Of a stretch of DNA of 64,000 nucleotides, positions 33,271 through 45,748 are shown piece by piece. The notes beneath the pieces are model-generated. The model was not told the DNA's origin. It ran no database searches and saw only the letters and a list, made by a program, of their open reading frames with translations. A program made the position numbers and the translations under genes. The DNA comes from Isurus oxyrinchus (Eukaryota). Position 1 is the stretch's first letter. Each line of letters opens with the position of its first letter. The stretch spans positions 1,488,001 to 1,552,000 of the forward strand of contig JANJGN010000031.1 in NCBI GenBank assembly GCA_026770705.1, in the 5' to 3' direction.

Positions 33271-34230
33271 AGCCTAGGCCTTATTAGAGGCGTGCGGTAA
33301 GGAAGAACTGATTAAACAACGGATAGTGAAAACCTGCAACATTCTCCCCAAAATACAGTCAATGTTGGTGGTCAATTTCAAAATTGAGGTTGATAGATTT
33401 TGTTCGGTCAGTGTTTCAAGGGATGAGTAGTGGAGGTAGGTAGATGGAATGAACGGTACAGATCAGCTATAATGCTATAGTGGAACAGGCTCGAAGGGCT
33501 GTCTCGCCTCCATCTGTTTCTGTTCCAATTTCACCATGTTCCAGGCACTGATGTGTTTCATGGTCCTAGAGCGTCCTCTGCAGTTCGAGTTGGGAAAGAA
33601 ATCGCAGAGTCAGTGTATTAAAGCCCAGCCTTTTCTGTGCTTCCTTAACGCTGTTTCCCTTCCCTTTTGTAATTTATCTTTTATTTTTATTTGCTATTTA
33701 ATTTGCCGCACTCACAGCTAAATTCACAGTGAAAACCAGCCTCGTCCGCTGACTGTGCTCAAAACTTCAGCCCAGAGTGGGTTATTCATTTATTCACTTA
33801 TTCATTTCTCATTCGTGTTTATCCAGTTTCCGCTTCAGGGCATCGATAATATTCCCCTCAAACACTCGGTGGTGGCGACTTCCACATGCTTTGCTTGAAT
33901 TAGATTGTTCCAAATTCCTAATTCGATTTTGTAACTGATTCTCATCTTCTCCACCTGAATCCTACTGAACCGCTTCATCGTTTCAATAAAACTTCATGAG
34001 AATTGCTCTCAACCTCCATTTTCCAGCAAAAACAAACAAATTTAGACTTTGCTGATGGTTTCACCACTCATAGCTGGCAACTCCCTGCTCCAGTGCTTCA
34101 CAATCTATTCATTCATTTTATTGTAACTGTTCTCTTATTGTCAAAAGGTCTTTGTCCCGAGAGAAAAAGAAACAGCGAGTCGAAGCGCCTCGTAATGTTG
34201 TCTCGAGCAGCTGTTTCCTGCCGCCTTTGG

Positions 34231-34269
34231 GGTTTTTGTTGAGCTGCTCCATCTCTCTGAGTCACTGTG
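34231..34269 (-). other. 23-RSS of V-D2 (consensus)
   Basis: CACAGTG, 23-nt spacer, ACAAAAACC. Confidence 0.97.
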
Positions 34270-34772
34270 CAGACTCCAGGCGCAGTAATACACGGCCGAG
34301 TGATTCCCCCGCAGGCTGGGGGACTCCAGCATGAACTTGGAGTCACTCGGTCTCTGGGCCTTGAAACCGTCCACCGGCCCCTCTGAATTCACCTGATTGG
34401 TGCCTCTGGAGTAAAACATCAGCTGCGGCTTCCTCCCCGGGTACTGTCTGTACCAGAACATGTCAGGGTTATTGCTCCCCTCCATAGTGCACTCCAGTTC
34501 CACTTCATCCCCGCGAAATCTGGAGACGGCAGCGGGAGTCTGGCGGATAGTCTGTGAGTTCACATCTGGGGAAGAGAATGGAAGGAGGAGGTCAGTAAGT
34601 GGAGACAATGGCAGAGATTGGGGGAAAAAGGACAAAAAGAAAAGAAAAATAGCAAAAGACAGAAAGAAAGAGATAGAAATAAAAATATAAAAGAAGGTTA
34701 TGAATGAGAGTTACTATTTAAAAGAATTCACTTACGGTGAAACAAGGTCATCAGACCCAGCAACAGATACAT
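34270..34772 (-). CDS. TRBV: TCR beta V gene segment D2, apparently functional; exons 34772-34736 and 34565-34270
   Basis: Intact leader, splice sites and V exon (CDR1 GSNNPD), YYCAWSL. Confidence 0.93.
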
Positions 34773-34997
34773 TTTTAACTTGAAGTCTTTTACTCAATAA
34801 ACACAAGAGCGAGAACAGAAGTGTGGACGCTTGTGAGGTGCCAACCCGCTCTTATCAAAACATCGAGGAAAACACGAAGAGCGGGAGGAAGTGATGAAGA
34901 TTCGGACACACCTCTCCCTCTGAATGGCCTTTCTGCGACTCCCTCTCGAAGTTGCTGGGCCCTCCCTCTCTCTGATGTATTGACTCCCCGTACAGCC

Positions 34998-35803
34998 TGT
35001 TAACGTTTAAAGAGAAACTGAACTCCCAGTGAAAACAGTACGATACAAGATTTTAGGTTTTGAATAAGAAAAGCTTTACTGTACAAAACTTGTAAATTAA
35101 CATAATATTTTGTAATGACTCTGTTTAAAACCCATTTTACTTTCTACTTCCACTCAAGAATTTCTTTATACATTACAAGGTCTGGAGGTTTCATTCACTT
35201 CTTCTGAGACAAACCAAGGTACATCACAGTTCTCGGTAATTCACTCGGTAATTCTCCTCAATGATCCAGCTATTCTCTGATGTGCAAGTGCTTTTGGGAT
35301 CCTTCCACCAGCATTTGTATAGGTGACTCCAACCCTCCTTTGACACCTCCCGATTGTGGATCCCCACAGCTCAAGCATGGGCTTCACCATCTTGCGTAAT
35401 TACTTTTAAAATCAGAAAATCACCTTTCATTTCTGACAGCCCTTTGTTATGGTTCTCATTGCTTCACAGCTCCTGGCAGACCTTCTCTCTGCTTTTCTTC
35501 AAGCTGAGTGACTGTTTCTGTGAGAAAACATATAGATAAAAACCCAAAACAAAAGTCTACCTTCCTGCATTGCATATCTCCATAGCAACGTGTGGATACC
35601 TGGATGTTCCTAACAGAAATGTAAATTATCAAAACAACCCTTCGATTCTGGGTCCCACACGAATAATTTACATCTCTAATGAGAATAACAACCATCTTAC
35701 CAGATTCTCAGGTTCCATGAAGAAACTCATTGTTTATAAAATAGTTTAAGAGCTTCTTAAATCTAGAGAGCCTACATGAATTATTTAAACCTCCTCAGTT
35801 TAC
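34998..35803. mobile_element. Possible solo-LTR-like insertion upstream of V-D (TGTTAAC...GTTTACA)
   Basis: Abrupt switch to AT-rich sequence bounded by TG...CA with imperfect inverted ends; no TSD found. Confidence 0.25.
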
Positions 35804-38800
35804 ACTCCAACTTTTACGCATTTTCTAAGATGTTGTGAGACAAACGGGCTGCTATACAGAGATCCAGATGTGCTGTTATAGAATGCTAGGTGTAAATATC
35901 TTTCACCACTATCCCAAAATCAAACTTTCCTCTTTGAACTGTAATGAAGAGGTGAACTGTCGAGTATTTCTTTATTTGTGAATTGATAGGGTAGATAGTT
36001 TACAGTTCTCTCCTCTGTGGGGAAATTCAGAACAACTTTACAATAAAATCAACACACATACGAATTAGGAGCAGGAGTAGGCCACTCGGCCCCTCTAGCC
36101 TGCTCCGCCATTCAATAAAACCATGGCTGATCTAATTTTCACCTCAACTTCAAATTCCTGCCTACTCCTGCTAACCTTTCACCTCCTTAATATCAAGAAT
36201 CTCTCTACTTCCGCCTTAATGATATTCAAAGACTCTCCCTCAAACACCTTTTGCAGAAGAGAATTCCAAACCCTCACAACACTCTGAGAGAAAAATATCC
36301 TCACCACTGCCTGAAATAGGCAATGCCTAATTTTTAAACAGTGCCCCTTAGTTCGAGATTCTCCCACAAGAAGAAACATCCTCTCCACAACCACCTTGTC
36401 AAGACCCCTAAGGAACTTATATGTTTCAATCAAGTCGCCTCTTCCCTTCTAAACTCCACTGGATACAAGCCTAGTCTGTCCAACCTTTCCTTATAAGACA
36501 ACCCGCCCATTCCAGTATTAATCTAGGAAAACTTCTCTGAACCGCTTCCAATGCATTTCCATTCTTCCTTAAATACTGCACACAGTACTGGAGATGTGGT
36601 CTCACCAATGCCCTAAATAACTGAAGCATAACTTCCCTATCCTTGTTTTCAACTCCCATCACAATAAACAATAACATTCTCTTAGCTTTCCCAATTACTT
36701 GCTGTACCTGCATTCTAACCTTTTGGGATTCAAGCACTTGGGCACCCAGAAATCTCTACATCTCAGAGCTCTGCAATCTCTCACCATTTATATAATATGC
36801 TTCTTTTTATGTCCTGCCAAAATGGGCAACTTCACATTTTCTCACATTAATACTGTATTTGCCAGGTCTTTACCCACTCATTTAACTAATCTATATCCGT
36901 TTGTAACCTTCTTATGTCCTCTTCACAATTTACTTACCTACCTATCTTTGGATCAACAGCAAATTTAACAACAATATCATCATTCCCTTCATGTTAATTA
37001 TTTGTATAAATTGTGAAGTGTTGAGGCCCCAGCATTGACACCTGTAGCACATCACTCGCCACATCCCAGCAACCAGAAAAAGACATATTTATGCCTACTC
37101 TCTGTTTCCTGTTAGCTAGTCAATCTGCTATCCATGCCAATATGTAATGTCAAATACCACGTGCTCTTATTGTCAGTAATAATCTTTGATGTGGCACTTT
37201 ATCAAATGCTTTCTGGAACTCTCAATGTAGTACATCCACCAGTTCGCCTTTATTAACAGTACCTTTTCCTGTTTCAAAGAACTCCAATGAATTGGTTAAA
37301 TATCATTTCCCTCTCTCAAAACCATGTTGACTCTGCCTGATGACCTTGAATTTACCTAAGTGTCCTGTTATAGCATCTTTGAGAACCACTTATGTCATTT
37401 TCCCTTTGACAGGTGTAAAGCTCACTGCCCTATAGATTCCTGCTCTCTGTCTCCCTTCCTTTTCAATAAAGCAGTTATATCAGGTTTTTTTGCAATCAGA
37501 ACTAGGCTGTTGAGTTATGATATCAAGAAGCATTTATTCACACAAACAAATCTGTAACACTTGCCCCAATGATCACTGGATGACTTGGAGGGTCATTTGA
37601 AGATTTAAGACCGAAATTGATAGTTTTTTGTTGGGTAAATGTATGAATGGTGACAAGGCAGATAATTGAAATTAAGATACAGAACAGCTGGAATCTAATT
37701 GAATTGTCTGGCAGGTACGAAAGACTCCCGATTTTTCTTGAGTTCTCTACTTGAGGGCAGGTCCGACCCACAGCCTCCACCACAGGTGGGGCTAGGAAGC
37801 AGGCCACGAATTCACCCTATCCAGAATGGGGATCAAACCCCGTCGCTGTTAGCACCAAACTGATCCACACTAGCCATCCAGCTACTTCAACATGTATGTT
37901 GGAGCCTGGAATCTCCGACATTCCAAAACATTGCTAACCAGGAATATCTCCCGCTCCCACTGCCTGCCATTTGCGTGTGTTGGAAGGACTTCTACGTTGA
38001 CACTCAACCTGTTTGGCTGCATTACGAATGTACCTTCCACGGGCATCGAGCCCTATAGTGGGGGATGAAGATAGAGCTTCTGACTCAGAGGCAGGGTCAC
38101 TACTCGCTGCGCCACAAGACCGCCTCCTGAGTTTCGATTCCTGTTAAACCAACATGTCAGGCACCAGGGTCTGGCAACAGCTTCGATCGCCTCCTGCTGT
38201 CCACTTGGAGAAAGAAACCCGGTGCCTGGAAACACTGGACGTTATATTGTTCTCTTTGTCTCTTTATTTCTTTCTTCATTTGTCAAAGCCTTTCTCTTAC
38301 TTGCTGTTTCATTATTTTCTGCGTCACTTCTTTCTTCCTGTCTTTAGTTTCATTTATTTCTCTATTCTGACTCTTACATTTTTTTAAACCCTGAAACAGG
38401 ACGATGAGACTGGGCATGGCCTATGACGTGTTTATTACTTTCTCTGCTCCTGTCTACCTATCCTTCTTATTTTCATTTTTTCATTCGCCCTTTCCTCGGG
38501 TTGGCCACTTTATTTTCTATTTTCCATTTTTCAACCTTTTGTAATGAACAGAGTTTGTAAACACATTCCTGCTGCAGATCGAAAGCCCATCTATGTGACT
38601 CCCGGTCCGCCCTTTATTTACCCGCCAATAAGAAAAGCGTAAAAATGCTGAAAGAAGCAAGAAGCCAGAGTCCATCTCCCCCTCCCCACGGTTCCCATGT
38701 CTGTCCCTACTCAGGGGTCAGTTCACTAACTCCACTGATTAATCCCATAAAGGCATTTTACTGCCCCTCACTGTACCAACCGGACTGTATCACACAGAAA

Positions 38801-39365
38801 CAGACCAGTCAATCCAACAGCCTCGTGCTACTGTTTAAAGAGCGGCTTTAATCCTCTCCTCCCATGCAAACTGATTTCAACCCTTCAACACACCCTTCAT
38901 CATTCATCTGTTTATCCAGCTTCCCCTGAAATCCATCTCTGCTCTTCGCCCCATGGTTCCAGAATCTCGCCTCTCTGGGAAAATTAGGTTTCTCCTGAAA
39001 GCCCGATGGGATATATTGTATTATTAATCATCTCATATTGATGACCCCTAGTTCTGGTCACGCCTGCAAGTGAAAATATCTCCTGTCCATCTCCTTGTTG
39101 AACCGCCTTCCATCATGTTAAATTCCTCTATCAGGATAGCAGCCATTCTGGTGGAAACAGCTCCAGTCTCTTCCGTCTTTCCCGATAGTAACAGCCGCTC
39201 AGTTGCTTGTAAATTTGTCTGTGCACCTTTTCCACAGCTTCTATGCCTGACATTCAACCCAACTGATCTCGTGTTCTTCCCAAAACTGCCTTCACTTTGG
39301 TAAAGAGAAACAAGAGGCGGCATCGCCTGGTCTCCTCATTCACAGCTGTTTCCTGCCGCCTTTGG

Positions 39366-39404
39366 GTGTTTTGTTGAGCTGCTACATCTCTCTGAGTCAC
39401 TGTG
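39366..39404 (-). other. 23-RSS of V-E2
   Basis: CACAGTG, 23-nt spacer, ACAAAACAC. Confidence 0.93.
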
Positions 39405-39926
39405 AAGACTCCGGGGGCAGTAATACACGGCCGAGTTATCCGCCCGCAGGCTGGGGGACTCCAGCATGAACTCGGAGTCTCTTGGTCTCTGGGCGGTGAA
39501 ACCGTCCACCGGCCCCTCTGGATTTACAATACTGGTGCCTCTGGAGTAAAATAGAAACTGCAGCTCCTTCCCTGGGTCCTGTCTGTACCAGAACATGTCA
39601 GGGTTACTGCTCCCTTCCACAATGCACTCCAGTTCCATTTCATCCCCGGGAAATCCGGAGACAGCAGCGGGAGTCTGGCGGATAGTCTGTGACTTCACAC
39701 ATGGGAAGGAAAGGAGAGCGGAAGCCGTCAGTAAAGAGGGTAAATTGGGTGTTGGGGAAACAAAGGAAGGAAAGAGACAAACGTAGAGAAATAGAAAGAA
39801 AGACCAGAAGGAGAGAGAGCAAGGGAAGGTCAGAAAGTGGAGCGGAAAGCTGGATGCTGAATAGGAATTGTTGTCTGGAAAGTTCCTTACAGTGAAACAT
39901 GATTAACGGAGCCAGCAACAGTACAT
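39405..39926 (-). pseudogene. TRBV: TCR beta V pseudogene E2
   Basis: Frameshifted 36-nt leader (39926-39891), acceptor CAT, open V exon ending YYCPRS. Confidence 0.88.
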
Positions 39927-39999
39927 CTTCCACCTCAGGTTCCCTTTGAACCAATCTTTATCCCTGGTAAGAAAACACTGCAAATACAATGCTCCTCCT

Positions 40000-40144
40000 G
40001 GCTTGGCCTAAATAGCCAAGTGGTTATGATACTGGGTTTGTAACCCCAAGATCAAGAGTTCAAATCTCACAATGGCAAAACTATGAAACAATGTAACTTC
40101 ACCTGAAAAACAGATGGAAACGAGTTTGTACTCGAAAGAGTTAT
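40000..40144 (+). mobile_element. Short (145 bp) form of the tRNA-headed insertion in the V-E promoter
   Basis: Same head and TSD as 16906-17508, with one tail unit. Confidence 0.8.
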
Positions 40145-42361
40145 AATGCTCCTCCTCCTCCTCGCTCTGATTGGTAGCCCAGCCCCTCCCATTCAGACTG
40201 ACAGCCCCGCCTTTTCCAGTTTCAGCCCCGCCCCTCACTCCCTGCTTGGATTATGTAGAGCTGCGGGCAACAGGAAGTTGCACATAGGAGGTGCGGGGGG
40301 GGGCGGTGTTAGTGGACAGGACAAAACTGGAGGGATCACAACTCAGATTCACCAGGACAATGCTGGGGTTTAGAGGGGTAAATTAAGAAGACAGGCTGCA
40401 GAAACTTTGCTGCATTCTCCTGAATTTAGAATAGTGAGGGGCGCTTTAATTGAACAGCTCAAACTGGAAAAGCAAAATTGAGGGTGTTTGATAGAAACTT
40501 TTCTCTCTGCTGGGAGGACTGCCCAACAAAGTGGAATAACCTTAAAATTAGAGTTCGGAATGAGAGGTGAGTTTATTGATGCGTAGAAGGGTCTGAGGTT
40601 GGCTTGACAGGGCAGATACTGTTCTTCATGGGGGAATCTAGAACTAGGAGCAGTTTCAAAAAAAAAGGGTTGCCCGTTTGAAGGAGATGAAGAGGAATCT
40701 CTTTGAAAACTGTGAATATTTGGAATTCTCTATACCAGAGAGCAGTGGAGGCTGGGTCATTGAATATATTCAAGGCTGAGCTAGAGTTTTGAATTATTAC
40801 GGAATCGGGGATAATGGATGGGGAAAGGCTGCAGACAAAGTGGATAAAGCTATAATGAGATCAGCCATGATCTTATTGAAAGGTGGAGCAGGCTCGTGGA
40901 TTAACATAATGCATTAATTTTGGCACTAAATTTCTACTCAGTTAAAGGGCTTGTTAGTTCAGATAAGATTTTCCATTAGGATGAATGTTTTAATATTTTT
41001 GTAATTCCAAAACATAAATTCTTTACAAAGAAATGAAAGCAATGTTTTCCTCCTTTTACTGTCCTTTGGAAAAATTGTTGAGCCCACCACTTACTGAAAG
41101 GAAGCAGGGGATGTTTCTGTCTACCGACCAATCAGATGGTGTGATGAGAGTGATTTTCCCTTTGCCCTCTCACCCATTGCAATGTAGTTAAAATCAAGAA
41201 CTTTGAAAGAATGAAGACAATCAAACTTTCAGTCCGGCTTTGCTTTTGAATTCAACTACAAGAAAAAAGCTTGTCTGTCGGGTTACCCCTTCCTACCTCT
41301 AGATTCTGATCATTCCCTTCTGTGGTTATTTTTGTTTCTCTGTTGTGCACATTCTGTGCCCCCTCACCCTCGCCGTACCAGCTTCTATTGTCAGCATTTT
41401 GAAAAATTTTCTCCTAAGCTGCTAATACACCATCTCACAAACTGTTCCCTCCCTGCTTCCTCTTTGCTTTGCAATCAGAACGTACAGGATTGTTTCTAAC
41501 TCTTCAACTTCTAATTCCCCAGGCACATGAAGCTATGCAACTACTGTAATTTAACCAACTGTTGATGATCTTTTAAACCTATCATTTATTATTAACTGCA
41601 GTGTGCTCCACACTCTACAATCTTCAAACTAAACTGCGATTGGTGAAATATGGCTGTTTATCACTGAGAAATACTGCTTGACAATTTCTGTAACCTGAAG
41701 GGGTACAGAACCAATCCCCCTCCAGTAGGTTGTGTGCAAGTTGGTCATCTTATATACTGAATGGTGATGCACTAATCTATGAGTTCCTGCAACTGTAAAT
41801 ATCAGTTTTTCAAACCTTTTTTAAGCCAAAGCTTCAGCTATCCAACTTCCCCTCTCCATATGAAATAAAACTGAAAATATTGGACCTGCAACAGTGAAAG
41901 CAAGGATCGTAAAAATCACAAGTAAAAAACCAGTGGGGAAAACGAAAGTATTACAGAGCCAAGAAAATTAAAGCATCGAAAATATATGAATAATCATACA
42001 GGGGATTGAAAAGACCCATTTCGAATAGGATAAAACAGAATAAAAGAGAAGCTGAGATTCAGCAGGTAAAGAGAGGTTACCTAACAGCTAAAGGATGGAA
42101 CCACTTAAAGATATTTCAAAGGGAATAGTTCCTCACTGATACCTTTTGGGTCTCCCTTCCTTTTCCTTTTGATGCATTTTATAAGTGGGTTTTCCTACTG
42201 TACCAGCTCCAATCGAAACAGCAACCTCCTTGTTTTCTATTGAATTGTTGACTGACTCGTTTATAGATTTCCAGCATTTTCTGTTTTTATTTCTAATTTC
42301 CAGCGTTTCTGCATTTCCCTTTTGATTTATGACTAATCAATCTCTGATAGCATTGTACACA

Positions 42362-45300
42362 GGGACAGAACTTTCCCAAATTTGCTCTAAATGCGGTAGC
42401 GGGTGGGTAAAACGTTGTTTTACCCACTGGCCACAATGGCAGCTTTACGCAGTATCGTCCCAAACCCGCCTCCTTATTTATGCACTCCTGGGAAACACGC
42501 TGTTTCCATGGCGAGCAGATTCTCATTCACCGCCCGCCATCACCCCGCTGCTGCATCACCCCGGGTGCCATATTTAAAGTCCAGCCACAAGCACACATCC
42601 CAGTGCTTCCAGCTCACCACTGCTGCTCCAAAGACATGGCCCTGAAAGTGAAAATGACTGCAGCCCCCAGGTTCAGCGACACGCCCCTTGATCACCTTTT
42701 GGATGCCATGGAGGCTCGTCGTGATGTCCTCTACACCCGCTGTGGCCGCAGGATGGGCAGCAACCGCACTAATCCAGCGAGGTGGCAGCGGTGGTCAGTG
42801 CCAACACCCTGCAAAACAGCACAGCCACCCACTGCCGCAAGAGGATGAATGATCTCCTCCATCCCACCAGGGTAAGTCACCCTTCTCATCGCTCCCAACT
42901 CACACACTCACAAACCCATCACACACCCACAGGGCCTTCACTCACTGGCGATTGAAGGGACATCACAATTCACTCTCTCACTCTCACCATCATTGTCCTC
43001 ATCTCATCCATGGGACCACTCATCACCCACACATGCCAGGTACCTTTATCATCTGGCCCAGCAGGCATCCTGCTTACACTCTCTCCATCTCAATGCATGC
43101 AGGACAAGCTGGCACATAACGAAAAGGAGAGGTCACAGACTGGTGGAGAAATGTCTGAAATCAAGGTCCTCACAGACTTTGAAAACAGCCATCCAGCTGG
43201 TCGGTGAGGATCTGGACTGTTCCTGTGCTGATGATGAGGTCGGCGCGGCTCTACCAAGTGAGGATCCAGCAGTGCAACATCCATCAGACAACCATGCTCT
43301 GAGTGATGTGTCCTGCTTCACAGGCCGCTGCCATGCACTAATTATCTCCCCTTGCTTCCACAGGCACATCTGCCAAATGACTGACAGAGTCCATGACCCA
43401 GGGCCTCCAATCAAACCCCAAAGAAACCTCTGAAGAGGAATCTGAAGGCACCCTCCCTAAAGCCCTGTCACAGCGCTCACCTACACACTCCACCAGTGCA
43501 GAGACACACACCTCAGTGGGACCTAGCTGTAGAGTAGCCTTGGGACCACCATCTGGTGAGCACGTTGCACTGTCTAATCCACAGCAGGCAGAGGCAGGGA
43601 CTTCCCAGGTCCCCGGCACTCGGAGGACTGCTGGAGGCCAGAACCTTGCTGAGTCCGAGTCAGATGATGAGTCTCTTGACTTAGTCATGTCACAGTTGCT
43701 GGAGCTGCAAAGGCAAGCTCGAGAACATCAGGAAGGTATGTCCACTGCGCTCCTCAGATTGCAAGGCACGATGGAGGAGTCTGTCCGCCTTCACTCTGGA
43801 CCAAGGTCAACACTGGCAGGATGGCAGCTGCCATGGAGACCTTGGTCCAGATGTCACTCCTGCACTGCTGCACTGATGTCATAGTTGGCCTCCTAAAGTG
43901 TGTACATGAGCGGGGTGCTGTGCAACATGATCTCACTCCAGCTGCCCTTTCTCCTCAAGGAGTCAGCCAGGGACCCTCTGGCACCCATAGGGAGGAGGCC
44001 TATCCACCAGCTGACTCTGGGAGTGACTGCTCCATCCAACTCCCCTCTTACTGTGACCTCAGCAGCTTCAGCTCCACAGGCCGAGGAGGGAGCCATTGCC
44101 ACACAGCAGGACCCCAAAAGCAGGCCGGGGCCCTCCAAGTCTCAGCCCTCCAGAGCACGCCCACCAAAAGTCACCACAGACAGGGCATAGCAGTCAGCAG
44201 GCTGCCCCCACCTCCACTGTGGATGTCCAGGGAGCATCAAGACGTAGTGGCAGGGTTAGGGGACAGTTAAGGAGAACTAGTTGCACAGCCTGGGCACAAG
44301 TGTTAATCACTCATATATAATGTTCACTTTTGTCAATAAACTCCCAAGAATGTCTCCCAGCCTATGGCTCCTTGCTCTGATGAGCAGGGTTCATGTCACT
44401 CAGATGTGAAATCTTTCTGCACAAGGTAAAGGCAGGTGTCTCAGTCCAGGGCCTCTTCCCTGTGTCTGTGCAGCCTTCAGACCAAAGTGATTGTCTAGCC
44501 TCACACTCCCTGGAAACATTACTGATGCCTGCACCTCAGTGGTACTGGTCATTGCTGCCAGAATGTAGTAAGCAGGCACCACAGAGTTCTCTCATTCTCT
44601 CTGTGTGCTCTCAGCACCTTTAAGGTGCGGCTGGCCCCCATCTCTTCAATACTTGTGACCACTGATGCTGTGCTCCAGCTCCTGAAGGCCTCAGGTGCTG
44701 AGGGTGGACAAAGGATCATATGTTTCTAAAGTTTCATTGCTGCACCTCTATGATATGATCCTGATAACATAACGTAAGCGAGCTGCCCTCAGCCAGACAG
44801 GAGTCAGACATTCTCAGAGGCTATGTGATGATTTATGGAGTGTCTTCACTGTGTGCTGTAATCATCGTCCTGCAACTGAGTGACTATTAGGGCCTCCACT
44901 GCATCTCCATGACAGGAGCATTATCACAGAGGGTATTGGCATTGCCAATACATTACATAATGTCGTCAAACATTCACAAATGCGATGTGAGGAACTATGG
45001 GGTCTCTCCAATGCATATCATCATCATCCTCCACAAATCTATCAGCTATGAGAGCCTCATCCCCGTTGTTATTTGTCTCTGAGGACCCCCTCACCCTCAT
45101 CCCTGTCGGTGTCCTCCTCATCCAAGGAGACCTCCAGCTCCTCCATCTCCTCCTCTCAATCTCGTATCACCTTTGAAGCACCAGGTTATAAAGGACGCAG
45201 CAGATGATGATGATGCATGACACCCTCTGTGGACTGTATTGCAGGGCTCCACCAGCACTGGAACCTCACTTTCAGCATCCCAATGGTCTGCTCCACCAAG

Positions 45301-45748
45301 TTGCGAGCAGCTACATGAGACACATTACAGTGTCGCTCTGCTGCAGTCTGAGGCCGCCACACGGGTGTCATCAGCCACGGCCTCTGTGAGCAGCCCTTGT
45401 CCCCGAGCAGCTATCCCTGCAGCCTCTGTGGACTCTGGAAGACTCCAGGGATCTGTGACCGACTGAGGGTGTAGGAAACTGTGCGCACACCTGCAGGATG
45501 CATTTCTGGTCGTCGCACACTAGCTGCACATTCAGCCAATGGAGCCCCATGCAGTTGATGTAGTTCACCTTGTGTTGTGATGGAGACCTGAGCACCACAT
45601 GAGTGCAGTCGATCGCACCCTACACCCGTGGGAAACCTGAGATCTGGGTGAATCCAATTGTTCATGCATCCTGGCTGTCTTAGTCCTGGGAAAAATGCAC
45701 AAAGTTGTGTTGCCCTTGCAAAGCTGGCATCCATGACCTCAATGCATG
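42362..45748. mobile_element. Degenerate Harbinger/PIF transposon, third copy
   Basis: Colinear with 19723-23108. Confidence 0.85.

Larger units (their letters stand above)
21296..43935. repeat. Tandem segmental duplication unit 2 (22,640 bp)
   Basis: Colinear with units 1 and 3; ORFs at 21456/44096 and 40573/63213 are both offset by 22640. Confidence 0.97.
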
